A DNA stretch of 64,000 bases from Chloroflexia bacterium (GCA_050998805.1 JBPCPV010000040.1:8248-72247); one strand, 5' to 3'. Numbered from the stretch's first letter, positions 26,967-37,241 are shown. The notes: a model not told the origin generated them from the sequence alone. Made by a program: numbers and translations.

Positions 26967-28748
26967 GTGGAAGCACCGCCGAAACGGTGGAAGAAGCGCC
27001 CATCCCTCAAACCCGAACAGCTGGCCGAGATCCAGGCGGCGCTGCCGGGCCGCGCGCTCACGCCGCTGCTGCTCCAGCTGCTGGTGAACCGCGACGTGAT
27101 CCGCCTCGCCGATCTCCACGAAGACCCGGCGGCGGTCGAGGATATGCGCGCCGCAGTGGACGCCTTCATCAACCCCGCCGGCACGGCGCTGCCCAGCCCC
27201 TTCACCATAAGCGGAATGGAGGCTGCGGTCACGAGAACGGCCCGCGCGGTGAAGGGCGGTGAGAAGATCGCGGTTTATGGGGACTACGACGCCGACGGCG
27301 TGACCTCGACCACCCTGCTCACCCAGGCGCTGCGGGCGTGGGGAGCCGAAGTTGTGATCCATGTGCCGCACCGCAAGCGCGACGGCTACGGCGTCAACAA
27401 AGCCGCGCTCGACGGCCTGGCCGACCAGGGTGTGAAGCTGGTGATCACCGTGGACTGTGGCATCGGCAACGCCGACGAGGTGAAGCACGCGCAGGCGCGC
27501 GGCCTCGAAATGATCGTGACCGACCACCATGTCCTGCCCCTGAAGCTGCCGAACACTATCCTGATCAACCCGAAGCAGGGCGGTGAGCGCGACCCGTTCT
27601 ACTGGCTGGCCGGGGTCGGCGTGGCCCACCAGCTTGTGCGCGCCCTTGTCGAGCGGATCGGCAAGCCACCCGCGCTCCGCAACAACGAGCTGCTCGAGTT
27701 AGTCGCAATCGGCACGGTAGCCGACGTGGTGCCGCTGCTCGGCGCGAACCGCAGTCTGGTCGCGCTCGGCATCGAGTGCCTGCGGAAGACGCGCCGTCCG
27801 GGGCTGCTCGCGCTCATGCAGGCCGCGGGAGTGCAGCCGGCATCGGTCACGGCCTACCACATCGGCTTCATCATCGGCCCCCGGATCAACGCAGCCGGGC
27901 GGCTCGACGATGCGAAGGTCGCCTATGACCTGCTGCTGACCGCCGACGCCTCTCAGGCCGGTGAGCTCGCCGCCGGACTCCAGGGGGAGAACGTGCGCCG
28001 CCAGGAACTCACGCGCGAGATAGTGGCGGCGGCGCAGCGGCAGGTGGCCGAGTTAGACCAGGACGAGCCGCTGATCATCTTGCGCGACGCCTCTTGGGAT
28101 GTCGGCGTGGTGGGGCTTGCCGCAGGCCGGCTCTGCGAGGAGTACGGTCGCCCGACCTTCGTGATGGTGGACGAGGGCGAGACCAGCCGGGGCAGCGCCC
28201 GCTCAACGCGACATTTCGACCTCCACAAGATGCTCACCTTCTGCGACGACCTGCTCGGCCACTACGGCGGGCACGCGGCTGCCGCCGGCCTGAGCCTACC
28301 GAACGCCAACTTCGCCGACTTCTGCGAGCGGATGCGGGAACTGGTGGAGAGCGAACTCAGCGACCCGGCGCAACTCTCCGGCGAACTCAATGCGGACTAT
28401 GAGCTGCCACTCGCGGAGGCCACGCTCGAAATCGTGGCCGCGCTCTCCATGCTCGAACCCTGCGGGCATGGGAACTTGCGTCCGATGTTCGTCGCCCGCA
28501 ACCTGCGCGTGCTCGACAGCAAGGCCAACGGCAAAGAGGGCCGCACGCTGGTCCTGACCCTCGCCCCGCCCGACTCCGACGGCCCGCGCGTCCGCGCCTT
28601 CGCCCACGGTATCGCAACCGAGTGGATGCCGAAGTTGGCGTCGAAGCCGAAGGTGGACCTGATGTTCCACCTGAAGCTGAACGAGTGGAACGGCCGACAG
28701 GACGTGGAGCTGGAGATACGGGGGCTGCGGACGGCGAAGGACGGGTGA
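26967..28748 (+). CDS. recJ: Single-stranded-DNA-specific exonuclease RecJ
   Basis: YGDYDADG, ITVDCG, TDHH, PRINAAGR, GGHAAAAG. Confidence 0.96.
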   Translation: MEAPPKRWKKRPSLKPEQLAEIQAALPGRALTPLLLQLLVNRDVIRLADLHEDPAAVEDMRAAVDAFINPAGTALPSPFTISGMEAAVTRTARAVKGGEKIAVYGDYDADGVTSTTLLTQALRAWGAEVVIHVPHRKRDGYGVNKAALDGLADQGVKLVITVDCGIGNADEVKHAQARGLEMIVTDHHVLPLKLPNTILINPKQGGERDPFYWLAGVGVAHQLVRALVERIGKPPALRNNELLELVAIGTVADVVPLLGANRSLVALGIECLRKTRRPGLLALMQAAGVQPASVTAYHIGFIIGPRINAAGRLDDAKVAYDLLLTADASQAGELAAGLQGENVRRQELTREIVAAAQRQVAELDQDEPLIILRDASWDVGVVGLAAGRLCEEYGRPTFVMVDEGETSRGSARSTRHFDLHKMLTFCDDLLGHYGGHAAAAGLSLPNANFADFCERMRELVESELSDPAQLSGELNADYELPLAEATLEIVAALSMLEPCGHGNLRPMFVARNLRVLDSKANGKEGRTLVLTLAPPDSDGPRVRAFAHGIATEWMPKLASKPKVDLMFHLKLNEWNGRQDVELEIRGLRTAKDG

Positions 28749-28758
28749 GGGTGAGACT

Positions 28759-29952
28759 ATGGCCGACAGACTCGCGCTGATCAACGGACAGCTTATTGAC
28801 GGCACCGGGGCGGGGGCGCGGGCGGCTACGGTGCTGCTTGACGGCGCGCAGATCGCTGCTGTGCAGGACGCCACTGTGCCCGTGGAACCAGGAATGCGGT
28901 CTATTGACCTCGGCGGGCGGACGCTGCTGCCGGGGCTGATCAACGCGCACATCCATATCCTGATGGACGACACGTCGGGCGACTCGTTCGCGGCGTTCCG
29001 GCGCGAGCCTCTGGGCGCGGTACTGCTGCACGGGGCGGCGCGGGGGCGACGGATGCTCAATGCGGGCATCACGACCGCGCGCGACCTCGGCGGCTTCGAG
29101 TACCTCGAAATCGCGCTGCGCGACTCGTTCGCTAGAGGCGAGCTTCCCGGCCCGCGCCTGCTCTGCGCCGGCAAGTGCATCACGATGACTGGAGGCCACG
29201 GCTGGCCGGTCGGACGGGAGGCTGACGGCCCCGACGACCTCCGTAAGGCGGTGCGCGAGCAGCTGAAAGCCGGGGCCGATGTGATCAAGCTGATGGCGAC
29301 TGGCGGGGTGCTGACGCCGGGCGTCGAGCCGGGCGCGGCCCAGCTTGACGAAGACGAGCTTCGCGCGGCTGTCGCAGAGGCGCACAAGGCCGGCAAGCGC
29401 GCCGCGAGCCACGCCCAGGGCACCTCCGGCATCAAGAACGCGATCCGGGCGGGCATAGACACAATCGAACACGGCATCTTCCTCGACGACGAGGCGATCT
29501 CCATGATGCTCGACCGGGAGGTGGTTCTTGTGCCGACGCTGGCCGCGCCCTACCAGATCGTGGCGGCGGGCGAGGAGCGCGGCATCCCGGCCTACGCCGT
29601 CGAAAAGTCCCGCCGCGTGACCGAGGCCCACTTCGACTCCTTCGCACGCGCCCACGCCGCCGGTGTGACAATCGCGGCGGGCAACGACGGCGGGACACCG
29701 TTCAACCCCGCCGCCGACCTCGTGACCGAACTCCGCCTCATGGTCGAGCACGGCATGACGCCGCTCGAAGCCCTCCGCACCGCCGCCCAGGGTTCGGCCC
29801 TTGCGCTCGGCCTCGAAGGCACCATCGGTACCGTCGCCCCCGGCAAGCAGGCCGACCTCCTCGTTCTGGACGGCGACCCGCTTGCAGACATCGCGGCCCT
29901 GGGCCGCCCCTGGCTGGTCCTCAAAGCTGGCGAGATAGTGCGTAGTGCGTAA
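28759..29952 (+). CDS. Amidohydrolase (Xaa-Pro dipeptidase-like)
   Basis: PGLINAHIH, IKLMATGG, HAQG, TIEHG, GKQADL. Confidence 0.9.
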   Translation: MADRLALINGQLIDGTGAGARAATVLLDGAQIAAVQDATVPVEPGMRSIDLGGRTLLPGLINAHIHILMDDTSGDSFAAFRREPLGAVLLHGAARGRRMLNAGITTARDLGGFEYLEIALRDSFARGELPGPRLLCAGKCITMTGGHGWPVGREADGPDDLRKAVREQLKAGADVIKLMATGGVLTPGVEPGAAQLDEDELRAAVAEAHKAGKRAASHAQGTSGIKNAIRAGIDTIEHGIFLDDEAISMMLDREVVLVPTLAAPYQIVAAGEERGIPAYAVEKSRRVTEAHFDSFARAHAAGVTIAAGNDGGTPFNPAADLVTELRLMVEHGMTPLEALRTAAQGSALALGLEGTIGTVAPGKQADLLVLDGDPLADIAALGRPWLVLKAGEIVRSA

Positions 29953-30022
29953 TCACCAACCGCCAACTACCAGCCACTAACAACTAACAACTAACCACCA
30001 ACCACTCGTCGAAGGAGCTGAC

Positions 30023-30448
30023 GTGTCCTATTTCCAGAGCAGTGACGAACTCAAGCAGATACTCGGCGGTTTTTTCGAGACCATGCAGACCGACCCCGAC
30101 CTCGGCCCCCGTGTGCGCGCCGCCGAGGTCTTCGTGACGTTCTTCCTGAGCGACCCCGACCTGGAGATCACCGTGGACGGCGTGGACCCCGCCCCCGACG
30201 GCCTCGCCTTCGCGCTCCACTACGGCGCGCCGCCTGCCGTCGCTCCCCTATCCCTCACCCTTTCCGCCGACACCGCGCACGTATTCTGGCAGGGCCGCCT
30301 GAACGTGATGATGGCCCTCGCCCAGCAGCAGATCGCGATAGCAGGCTCTGCGGGCAGAGTGTTCACACTGCTGCCGGTCGTCCAGCCCGCGTTCGAGCGG
30401 TATCGGGCGTACCTGACGGAGATAGGTCGGGCGGACCTGTTGGTGTAG
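30023..30448 (+). CDS. SCP2 sterol/lipid-binding domain protein
   Basis: ADTAHVFWQGRLNVMMALAQQQI resembles SCP2-family proteins. Confidence 0.7.
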   Translation: MSYFQSSDELKQILGGFFETMQTDPDLGPRVRAAEVFVTFFLSDPDLEITVDGVDPAPDGLAFALHYGAPPAVAPLSLTLSADTAHVFWQGRLNVMMALAQQQIAIAGSAGRVFTLLPVVQPAFERYRAYLTEIGRADLLV

Positions 30449-30459
30449 GAGGTAACTTG

Positions 30460-31629
30460 ATGTCACGGTTCCTTTTCGTCACCTGGAGCGGGGGCGGCAA
30501 CCAGCCGCCGGAAATTGGGGCGGCGCAGGAGCTAAGGGAGCGCGGGCACGAGGTGACCTTTGCAGGCTACGAGAGCCAGCGGTCACGCTTCATGGAGCAG
30601 GGCTTTCGGTTCGAGCTTCTGGAGTGGTCAGCGGCGGCGTGGCGCGCGGTGCCGCCAGAGCGCGTGATGGCAGCCCTCGTCGCCGGGGTATGGGCGTGCC
30701 CCGAACACCTGCACGACGTCGCAAATGCTCTCTCCGGCGAGCGGTACGATGCGCTTCTAGTAGACTGCCTGATGTTCGGTGCGCTCGTGGCAGCCGAGAA
30801 CGCCGACCTGCCTGCGGCCTCGCTGGTCCACAGCGCGCCCGGCCTGCTGGTGCCGCCGGGCGCTCCGATGGAGAAACTCCTGCTTGGGCCGGTGAACGGC
30901 GTGCGGGCCGCGAGCGGGCTGGCTGCGGTCACCAGCCTCTGGGAAGCGTGGGCGCGCCTCCCGGCTCTCTGCGCCACTATTCCCGAACTGGACCCGTTGG
31001 CCGCTCAGGCTCCGGCGTCGTTCGATTACGTCGGACCTGTCTTCGAGCGTGTGCCCGCGTCGGGCCGACGCTCTCCCTGGGCACCGGATGATACCCGGCC
31101 GCTGGTGCTGGTCAGCTTCTCGACGGGCACAGCCTGGAACCAGACCTCGCGTATCCAGAGGACACTCGATGCGCTCGCCGGCAGCAGCTGCCGGGTTCTG
31201 GTAACGACCGGGATGGCGGAAGTGGCTGGGCTGACGGTACCGGAGAACGCGGCGCTCGCACCGCATGTGCCGCATGGAGAGGTTCTGCCGGAGGCCGCTG
31301 TGACAGTGACACATGCCGGTCACGGCACGGTGACCGCCTCCCTCGCTCACGGTGTGCCTCTGGTGTGCCTCCCGAACCCTGCCGCAGACCAGCCCGCACT
31401 CGCGGCCCAGGTTGAGGCGCTCGGTGCCGGCCTGGCCCTCGACGGTGAATCGGCCACCGTTGCGGAGATCGCCGGGGCCGTGGAACAGGTTCTGACTGAT
31501 CAGTCATACGCCGACGCCGCACGGCGGCTCGCCCATGTGATCGCCGACACTCCAGGCGGCGCGACGGCCGCCTCCCGGCTGGAGCGGCTCGCCAATGGCG
31601 GCCCTAGCCGACTTCTACGCTCTCCGTGA
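30460..31629 (+). CDS. Glycosyltransferase family 1 (MGT/UDP-glucuronosyltransferase-like)
   Basis: GGGN...P N-terminus; VLVSFST; HAGHGT; ADQP. Confidence 0.88.
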   Translation: MSRFLFVTWSGGGNQPPEIGAAQELRERGHEVTFAGYESQRSRFMEQGFRFELLEWSAAAWRAVPPERVMAALVAGVWACPEHLHDVANALSGERYDALLVDCLMFGALVAAENADLPAASLVHSAPGLLVPPGAPMEKLLLGPVNGVRAASGLAAVTSLWEAWARLPALCATIPELDPLAAQAPASFDYVGPVFERVPASGRRSPWAPDDTRPLVLVSFSTGTAWNQTSRIQRTLDALAGSSCRVLVTTGMAEVAGLTVPENAALAPHVPHGEVLPEAAVTVTHAGHGTVTASLAHGVPLVCLPNPAADQPALAAQVEALGAGLALDGESATVAEIAGAVEQVLTDQSYADAARRLAHVIADTPGGATAASRLERLANGGPSRLLRSP

Positions 31630-31734
31630 GCTTGACGCCGAGGGGAGGCCGTCGCGTGCTCGGCTGGGGGAGATCTGGGGGAGGCTGTCTACGGTCGCAC
31701 GGAGACGCTAATGCGACAGGCACACGAACGGGCT

Positions 31735-31920
31735 TCAGCCTGGGCTATCCAGCATGAACAGGTCGTCCACGGGCATGGACCAGCCGGGGGCGGCAGGCTC
31801 GGCCTCGGCTATGTCGTCGCGCCGATAGAGCGTGGGTTGGGTCGGGTCGGCTGCCCTGTAGACGCGAACAACGTCTTGGGAGAGCAGGTCCACATCCCAT
31901 AATAGGAGTGGGTTGTCCAG
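31735..31920 (-). pseudogene. C-terminal remnant of a Uma2/DUF820 endonuclease gene
   Basis: Manual translation WDVDLLSQDVVRVYRAADPTQPTLYRRDDIAEAEPAAPGWSMPVDDLF; no start codon; abuts the mfd stop. Confidence 0.65.
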
Positions 31921-31921
31921 G

Positions 31922-34900
31922 CTATTCCTCGACCAACTCCTCCAGCACCTCTTCGAGGGTGTTCACCCAGCGTGTGCCGAGCGGCTTGCGCCGAAGCCGC
32001 ACCTGCCTCTGGGTGATACGCACGCCGCTGCCGAGCTTCTTGCCGAGGTCATAATGGAATTGCGGGCCGAGCCTCTGCCGGGCCGCGTCGGGCGTCAGCA
32101 CGATCACGAACTCGTCTTCGAGGGTGTTGATCGCCTCGACCCCCGCGCGCATCGCCAAGCTCTTGAAGCGCACTATCAGCAGCAGGCTTTGCGCCGGCTC
32201 GGGCAGTGGGCCGAAGCGGTCCTCAAGCTCCCGGCGCATGTCGCGCTCGCCGCTCTCGCTGCGGATGCGCGCGAGCCTCTGGTAGAGCCGCAGCCTCTCG
32301 CCGGAGTCGGCCACATAGTCTGCCGGCAGGTAGGCGGTGATCGGCAGGTCGAGGGCGACCGGCGGCGGCTCGACAGGGCGTGGCAGCCCCTTAGCCTCGG
32401 CGACGGCACCCGAAAGCAGCCTCGTGTAGAGGTTGAAGCCAACCAGCCCGACGTTGCCGTGCTGTTCGGGGCCGAGGAGGTTGCCGACGCCGCGTATCTC
32501 CATATCTTTGAGCGCGATGCGGAAGCCCGCGCCGAGTTCGGTCGCCTGCTCTATCGTGTGCAGCCGCTCCTGCGCCACGTCGGTGACTTTGTGCCCCTGC
32601 CGATAGAGGAAGTAGGCGTAGGCGCGCTTGTCGCTGCGGCCCACCCGTCCCCGCAGCTGGTATAGCTGCGCGAGGCCGTAGTTGTTCGCGTTGTCCACGA
32701 TGAGAGTGTTCACGTTCGGGATGTCCAGCCCCGACTCGATGATCGTGGTGCAGATCAGCACGTCGTACTTCTTCTCGATGAAGGCGGTCATCACCTCCTC
32801 GAGCTGGTGCTCCTCCATCTGGCCGTGGCCCACCGCGAAGCGGGCGTCCGGCAAGAGCTTCTGTAGCTCGCGGGCGACGATGCCGATGCTCTGCACGCGG
32901 TTATGTACGAAATAGACCTGGCCGCTTCGCTCCATCTCGCGCTCGATCACCTCGCGCACCAGCGAATCCCGGTAGGCGGTGACGTAGGTCTTGATCGGCA
33001 GGCGCTCTTCGGGCGGGGTCTCGATCACGCTCATGTCGCGGACGCCGACCATCGCCATGTGGAGCGTGCGCGGGATCGGGGTCGCGGTCATGGTGAGCAC
33101 GTCCACCTCGCGCCGGAGCTGCTTCAGCCGCTCCTTGTGCTTCACGCCGAAACGCTGCTCCTCGTCCACGACAACCAGGCCGAGATCCCTGAAATGCACA
33201 TCTTTCTGCAAGAGGCGGTGGGTGCCGATTATGATGTCCACCCGCCCCTCGGCGAGGCCGGCCAGTATACGCTCCTGCTCCTTGCGCGTGCGGAACCGCG
33301 ACAGCATCTCGACCGTCACTGGGAAGGCGGCCATCCGCTCGCTGAACGTCGTGAAGTGCTGTTGGGCGAGGATCGTCGTGGGGACCAGCACAGCGACCTG
33401 CTTGCCGTCGAGCACCGCCTTGAACGCCGCGCGCAGCGCCACCTCGGTCTTGCCGAAGCCAACATCGCCGCAGATCAGCCGGTCCATTGGCCGCCCGTTC
33501 TCCATGTCGGCTTTCACTTCCTCAATGGCCTGCATCTGGTCTGGGGTTTCCAGATAGGGGAACGCGCCCTCGAGTTCCTCCTGCCACTGGCCGTCGGGGC
33601 TGTAGGCATGGCCGGGCGCGGCCTCACGCGCGGCATAGAGCGCGAGCAGTTCTTGCGCCAGCTCGGCGGTCGCCGCCTGCACCTTCTTCTTGGCGCGTGC
33701 CCAGTCGCCGCTGCCGAGCCTGTGGAGGGTGGGCGTGCCGGTGCCGGTGCCGATATACGCCGCCACCCGGTCGGTCTGCTCTATCGGCACGTAGAGCCTG
33801 TCGCCCTCCGCGTAATCCAGCTGCATGTACTCGCGCTCCACCTCGCCCGCGCCCATCTTCACCAGCCCCGCGTAGCGGGCTATCCCATGCTCGATGTGGA
33901 CTACGAAATCGCCCGGCTTAACATCGCGTAGGAACTCCTCGACCGCCGCCGTCCGCCCGCTCCGCACCGCTTTCCGCTGCGGCTGCACCCGCCCGAAGAG
34001 TTCCAGGTCGGTCAGCACGGTTGTCTCGATCAATGCGTCTCCCTGCCAGCCCCCGTCCAGCTGCGCCGCCAGCAGATGCAGCGAACCCGCAACCGGAGGG
34101 TCCAAGATCGGTTCAACCAACCCCGCGAGTGCGGATTGTGGATTGTGGATTGTGGATTGCGCGCCGGCATGTTCAGGCCCCTGTCTCCCGACTTTGCGCT
34201 GCGTCGGGTAGATGTCGGCCTCCTCGAAGAGTTCGCGGAGGCGCTGGACCTGCGGGCTGACGATGACGATCCGCTCGCGGCGGGCGAGAGCGGCGCGCAC
34301 ATCGTCAATCGCCTCGGCGATATTGCCGGAGTAGAGGCGGGGCGAATTGAACTCGGGCGCGGGCAACGACTCGGCGTTCACCGCAGAGGCGGGACCGAGT
34401 AGAAGCCGTGGGTGGGCCTCCAGCGCAGGCGCGAGGTCGTCCCATGTAAGATAGGGGCGGCGCAGCCCCGAGGGAAGCTCGCCCTGGGCCACAAACTCGG
34501 CGTGGAGTTCCTCGGCGTGCCGCTCCATCTCGCCGGCCGCCAGCGCCACGCCCTCCGGCTCGTCGAGCACAATCAGATCACCGGGGTCTAGATAATCGAG
34601 CAGCGACGGCAGGCGGCCAAAATAAGGGGCAAATATGCCCAACCCCTCGCCGTAGTCGCCGATCTCCAGACCATCCAGCTCACGGTCCCACTCCTCGCGC
34701 ACCTCGCTACGCAGAGCCTTCGTGCCGATGCCGCGCAGCGTCGCAGTCACCTCGTGCCGTTTCCAAAGGGGCAGTTCGTAGCACGGCGCGACGGCAACTT
34801 CCTCGGCGGCCAGCGTCGAACGCTGCGTCTCCGGGTCGAAGTAGCGCAGCGACTCGATCTCGTCGCCCCAGAACTCGAGGCGCACCGGCGTCTCGCTGGT

Positions 34901-35509
34901 CGGGGGCCAGATGTCTACGATGCCGCCCCTCCTGCTGAAGCTGCCTGGCGTCTCCACCGTGGCGGCCGGCTCGTAGCCGAGGTCCACCCAATGGGCGAGG
35001 AGGTCGTCCATGCCGACGACATCCCGGCTCCGCAGCCGTCGCGTTGCCCAGCGGAAATCGTCGGGGCCGAGTGTCGGTGCCATCAGGGCGGGCGCTGATG
35101 CGACGATGATCGCGCGCGCGGCCCGATCTCCCCGGGGCGCGCTAAGGGCAGCCAGCACGCCGAGCCGACCGGCCGCGTTCGTCGGGTCATCGGCCATCCG
35201 CTCATAGGGAAGCACATCGGGGGCAGGGAAGCGGCGGACCGTGCCGGGCGCGGCATAGAGTTCGAGGGCGGCGGTGATCTGCCGGGCGCGCTCGGGACGG
35301 CCCACGAGCACCAAGATCCGCCCAGTCGCCTCGCCAAGCCGCGGATCTGCGGCCAACGCCGACAGCAGGTAGGGGTCTGCCGCGTCGAGCGGGTGATCTG
35401 CCGCCACGACCGCAAAGCTCTCACTAGAAAGCGCGCGCGACATAGCCTCCGCCAACCGGCTGTAGGCGGGGTGAGCCTGCAAAATTGGCAGCAAGCCGGA
35501 TAGATTCAT
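31922..35509 (-). CDS. mfd: Transcription-repair coupling factor
   Basis: CarD-like RID domain, GDVGFGKTEV, DEEQ, TATPIP, QLRGRVGR, TRG motif. ATG 35509 lies downstream of a TTGACG-17-TATAAT promoter. Confidence 0.98.
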   Translation of the reverse strand: MNLSGLLPILQAHPAYSRLAEAMSRALSSESFAVVAADHPLDAADPYLLSALAADPRLGEATGRILVLVGRPERARQITAALELYAAPGTVRRFPAPDVLPYERMADDPTNAAGRLGVLAALSAPRGDRAARAIIVASAPALMAPTLGPDDFRWATRRLRSRDVVGMDDLLAHWVDLGYEPAATVETPGSFSRRGGIVDIWPPTSETPVRLEFWGDEIESLRYFDPETQRSTLAAEEVAVAPCYELPLWKRHEVTATLRGIGTKALRSEVREEWDRELDGLEIGDYGEGLGIFAPYFGRLPSLLDYLDPGDLIVLDEPEGVALAAGEMERHAEELHAEFVAQGELPSGLRRPYLTWDDLAPALEAHPRLLLGPASAVNAESLPAPEFNSPRLYSGNIAEAIDDVRAALARRERIVIVSPQVQRLRELFEEADIYPTQRKVGRQGPEHAGAQSTIHNPQSALAGLVEPILDPPVAGSLHLLAAQLDGGWQGDALIETTVLTDLELFGRVQPQRKAVRSGRTAAVEEFLRDVKPGDFVVHIEHGIARYAGLVKMGAGEVEREYMQLDYAEGDRLYVPIEQTDRVAAYIGTGTGTPTLHRLGSGDWARAKKKVQAATAELAQELLALYAAREAAPGHAYSPDGQWQEELEGAFPYLETPDQMQAIEEVKADMENGRPMDRLICGDVGFGKTEVALRAAFKAVLDGKQVAVLVPTTILAQQHFTTFSERMAAFPVTVEMLSRFRTRKEQERILAGLAEGRVDIIIGTHRLLQKDVHFRDLGLVVVDEEQRFGVKHKERLKQLRREVDVLTMTATPIPRTLHMAMVGVRDMSVIETPPEERLPIKTYVTAYRDSLVREVIEREMERSGQVYFVHNRVQSIGIVARELQKLLPDARFAVGHGQMEEHQLEEVMTAFIEKKYDVLICTTIIESGLDIPNVNTLIVDNANNYGLAQLYQLRGRVGRSDKRAYAYFLYRQGHKVTDVAQERLHTIEQATELGAGFRIALKDMEIRGVGNLLGPEQHGNVGLVGFNLYTRLLSGAVAEAKGLPRPVEPPPVALDLPITAYLPADYVADSGERLRLYQRLARIRSESGERDMRRELEDRFGPLPEPAQSLLLIVRFKSLAMRAGVEAINTLEDEFVIVLTPDAARQRLGPQFHYDLGKKLGSGVRITQRQVRLRRKPLGTRWVNTLEEVLEELVEE
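34133..34159. repeat. Heptamer tandem repeat (GGATTGT)x3+GGATTG inside mfd
   Basis: Encodes QSTIHNPQS in the Mfd frame. Confidence 0.85.
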
Positions 35510-35575
35510 ACGCAGCGACATTATACGCGGTGAGGCGATCCCCGTCAAACCGCGTGCCGGGTCTCGGGCCTGCCC

Positions 35576-36409
35576 CTACGAGGCGTTGCCCCGCCGCACG
35601 AAGAAACTCGCCCCCAGCAGGCCGAGCGCGATCAGCCCCAGCACTAGCTCCACCGGCCAGAGCGGGAACCCGGTCGCCTGGTTGCTCGGCAACGCCCGTG
35701 ACTGAGCGGCCGCCGGAATGAGGGGTAGGGCGTCGAATGCCGGCACCGCCGTCGGGCTTCCGCTCGGCTCTAGGCCCCCTGCCACATTCGGTGCTGGATT
35801 TGCGGTAGGCGTCCCCGCAAGCACGGCAGCAAACGCGGCAGTTGGTGCGGCGGCGGGTGCGATGCCGCTCTCGGCTGTGCCTCTGGAGGTGGCCGCCGCC
35901 GGTGTGGCGACCTGTATGACCCCGTCGACAGCCTGAGGATTCGGGGCGTGGATTGCTGCCCCCGGTGCCGCGTTGGCCTGGGGCTGACCGCCAGCCGCAA
36001 GTTGCGGAGCCGTCATCGCCCTGTCAACCCCAGCACCGCTGAAATCCGCCCCCACCAGCAGCAGCATCAGCAAGAAGACGCCCGCCGCGCTCACCCGCAG
36101 CCCCAGCGCCAGGCGCGGCAACCTCGACAAGCGCGGCCCCTGCGCGGCCTGCCGCGCTCGGCCGCTCCCCGCTCCGGCCGCCGCCACCTGATCCACGCTC
36201 AGCTTGAAGGAGCGGGGCGGCGTCGCGGGCGGCAGGCCGCGCAAAAGCTGCTTCGCCACCCGCAGTGTCGCCAGATCAGTCCCGCACATGGAACACTGCC
36301 GCAGATGCTCACGCACAGCATCGCGCTCATTCTCCGGCAGCTCATCGTCGAGGTAAGCCGCCAATTGTTCGGTCACATGTCCGCCCGTCGGGCCTCCGGT
36401 AGTCTTCAT
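35576..36409 (-). CDS. Zinc-binding anti-sigma factor (zf-HC2) with TM segments
   Basis: HxxxCxxC (HLRQCSMC); downstream of the ECF sigma factor. Confidence 0.88.
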   Translation of the reverse strand: MKTTGGPTGGHVTEQLAAYLDDELPENERDAVREHLRQCSMCGTDLATLRVAKQLLRGLPPATPPRSFKLSVDQVAAAGAGSGRARQAAQGPRLSRLPRLALGLRVSAAGVFLLMLLLVGADFSGAGVDRAMTAPQLAAGGQPQANAAPGAAIHAPNPQAVDGVIQVATPAAATSRGTAESGIAPAAAPTAAFAAVLAGTPTANPAPNVAGGLEPSGSPTAVPAFDALPLIPAAAQSRALPSNQATGFPLWPVELVLGLIALGLLGASFFVRRGNAS

Positions 36410-36411
36410 TT

Positions 36412-36497
36412 GCGAGCTTTCAGCTTTCAGCGTTCAGTGGTCAGCTAGTGGTTAGCGGTTAGTGATTACGCACTATGCACTACGCACTACGCACTAC
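36412..36497. repeat. Mixed heptamer tandem repeats (CTTTCAG, GTGGTTA-like, CTACGCA)
   Basis: Visible tandem arrays between the sigma and anti-sigma genes. Confidence 0.75.
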
Positions 36498-37093
36498 GCA
36501 TTATGTTTAGATGACGCCCTTCCTGACTCAATAGTTCCCTTTGCCAAGAGCATGTCGCGCATCTTGAAGCGAGCGCGGCTGATGCGGGATTTCACGGTGC
36601 CGAGCGAACTGCTTGTCACCTCGGCGATCTCCTCGTAGCTGAGGCCCTGGATGTCGGCGAGCACGAGCGCTATACGCTGCTCGTCGGGCAGCTCGAGCAG
36701 CGCCAGCCCGATGTCGCTGCGGAGTTCGGCTTGCAGCGCGCGGTCCTCCGGGTCGCCGGAGCGGTCGTTGCTTGGGAAGTCTGCGGGCGCATCGGGGTTG
36801 TCCATCATCTCGTCGAGCGACTGCGTGGGCCGACGGACATTCCGGCGCAGCTGGTCGTAGCAGGCGTTCGTCGCTATCCGCAGCAGCCACGACTTGAGCG
36901 AGCCGCCCCGGAAGCGGCCAATCGCCTGGTAGGCCGAGAGGAAGGTCTCTTGGGCCGCGTCGGCTGCGGCGTCAGGGTTGCCGAGAATCCGGTAGCAGAG
37001 GTTGTAGACGCGCGCCTCATAAGCGCCGACCAGGTCGTTAAAAGCGCCGAGGCTGCCGCCTTGCGCGGCCCGGATTTGCTGCGACTCGTCCAT
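36494..37093 (-). CDS. ECF RNA polymerase sigma factor (SigW/RpoE-like)
   Basis: AADAAQETF, WLLRIATNAC, LSYEEIA, GTVKSRISRAR. Confidence 0.95.
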   Translation of the reverse strand: MDESQQIRAAQGGSLGAFNDLVGAYEARVYNLCYRILGNPDAAADAAQETFLSAYQAIGRFRGGSLKSWLLRIATNACYDQLRRNVRRPTQSLDEMMDNPDAPADFPSNDRSGDPEDRALQAELRSDIGLALLELPDEQRIALVLADIQGLSYEEIAEVTSSSLGTVKSRISRARFKMRDMLLAKGTIESGRASSKHNA

Positions 37094-37157
37094 TCGCCCC
37101 CTGCTGCGCTTTCGTCCCGCTTGACGCCCCAGGCCGGTTCCGGTATACTCATCTTGC

Positions 37158-37241
37158 GCCGGAGTGGCGGAACGGCAGACGCGCCCGCCTCAAAAGCGGG
37201 TGGGGAGACCCGTGTGGGTTCGAATCCCACCTTCGGCACCA
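37158..37241 (+). tRNA. tRNA-Leu(CAA)
   Basis: Acceptor stem GCCGGAG/CTTCGGC, anticodon arm CCCGC-CTCAAAA-GCGGG, long variable arm, GGTTCGAATCC, encoded CCA; TTGACG-17-TATACT promoter upstream. Confidence 0.96.

Noticed and set aside
25992-27629. Long antisense or alternate-frame ORFs (e.g. 25992..27629, 5312..6886, 17456..18868, 45590..47155, 57725..59053)
   Set aside because: They are shadows of well-supported genes in high-GC DNA, with no recognisable motifs.
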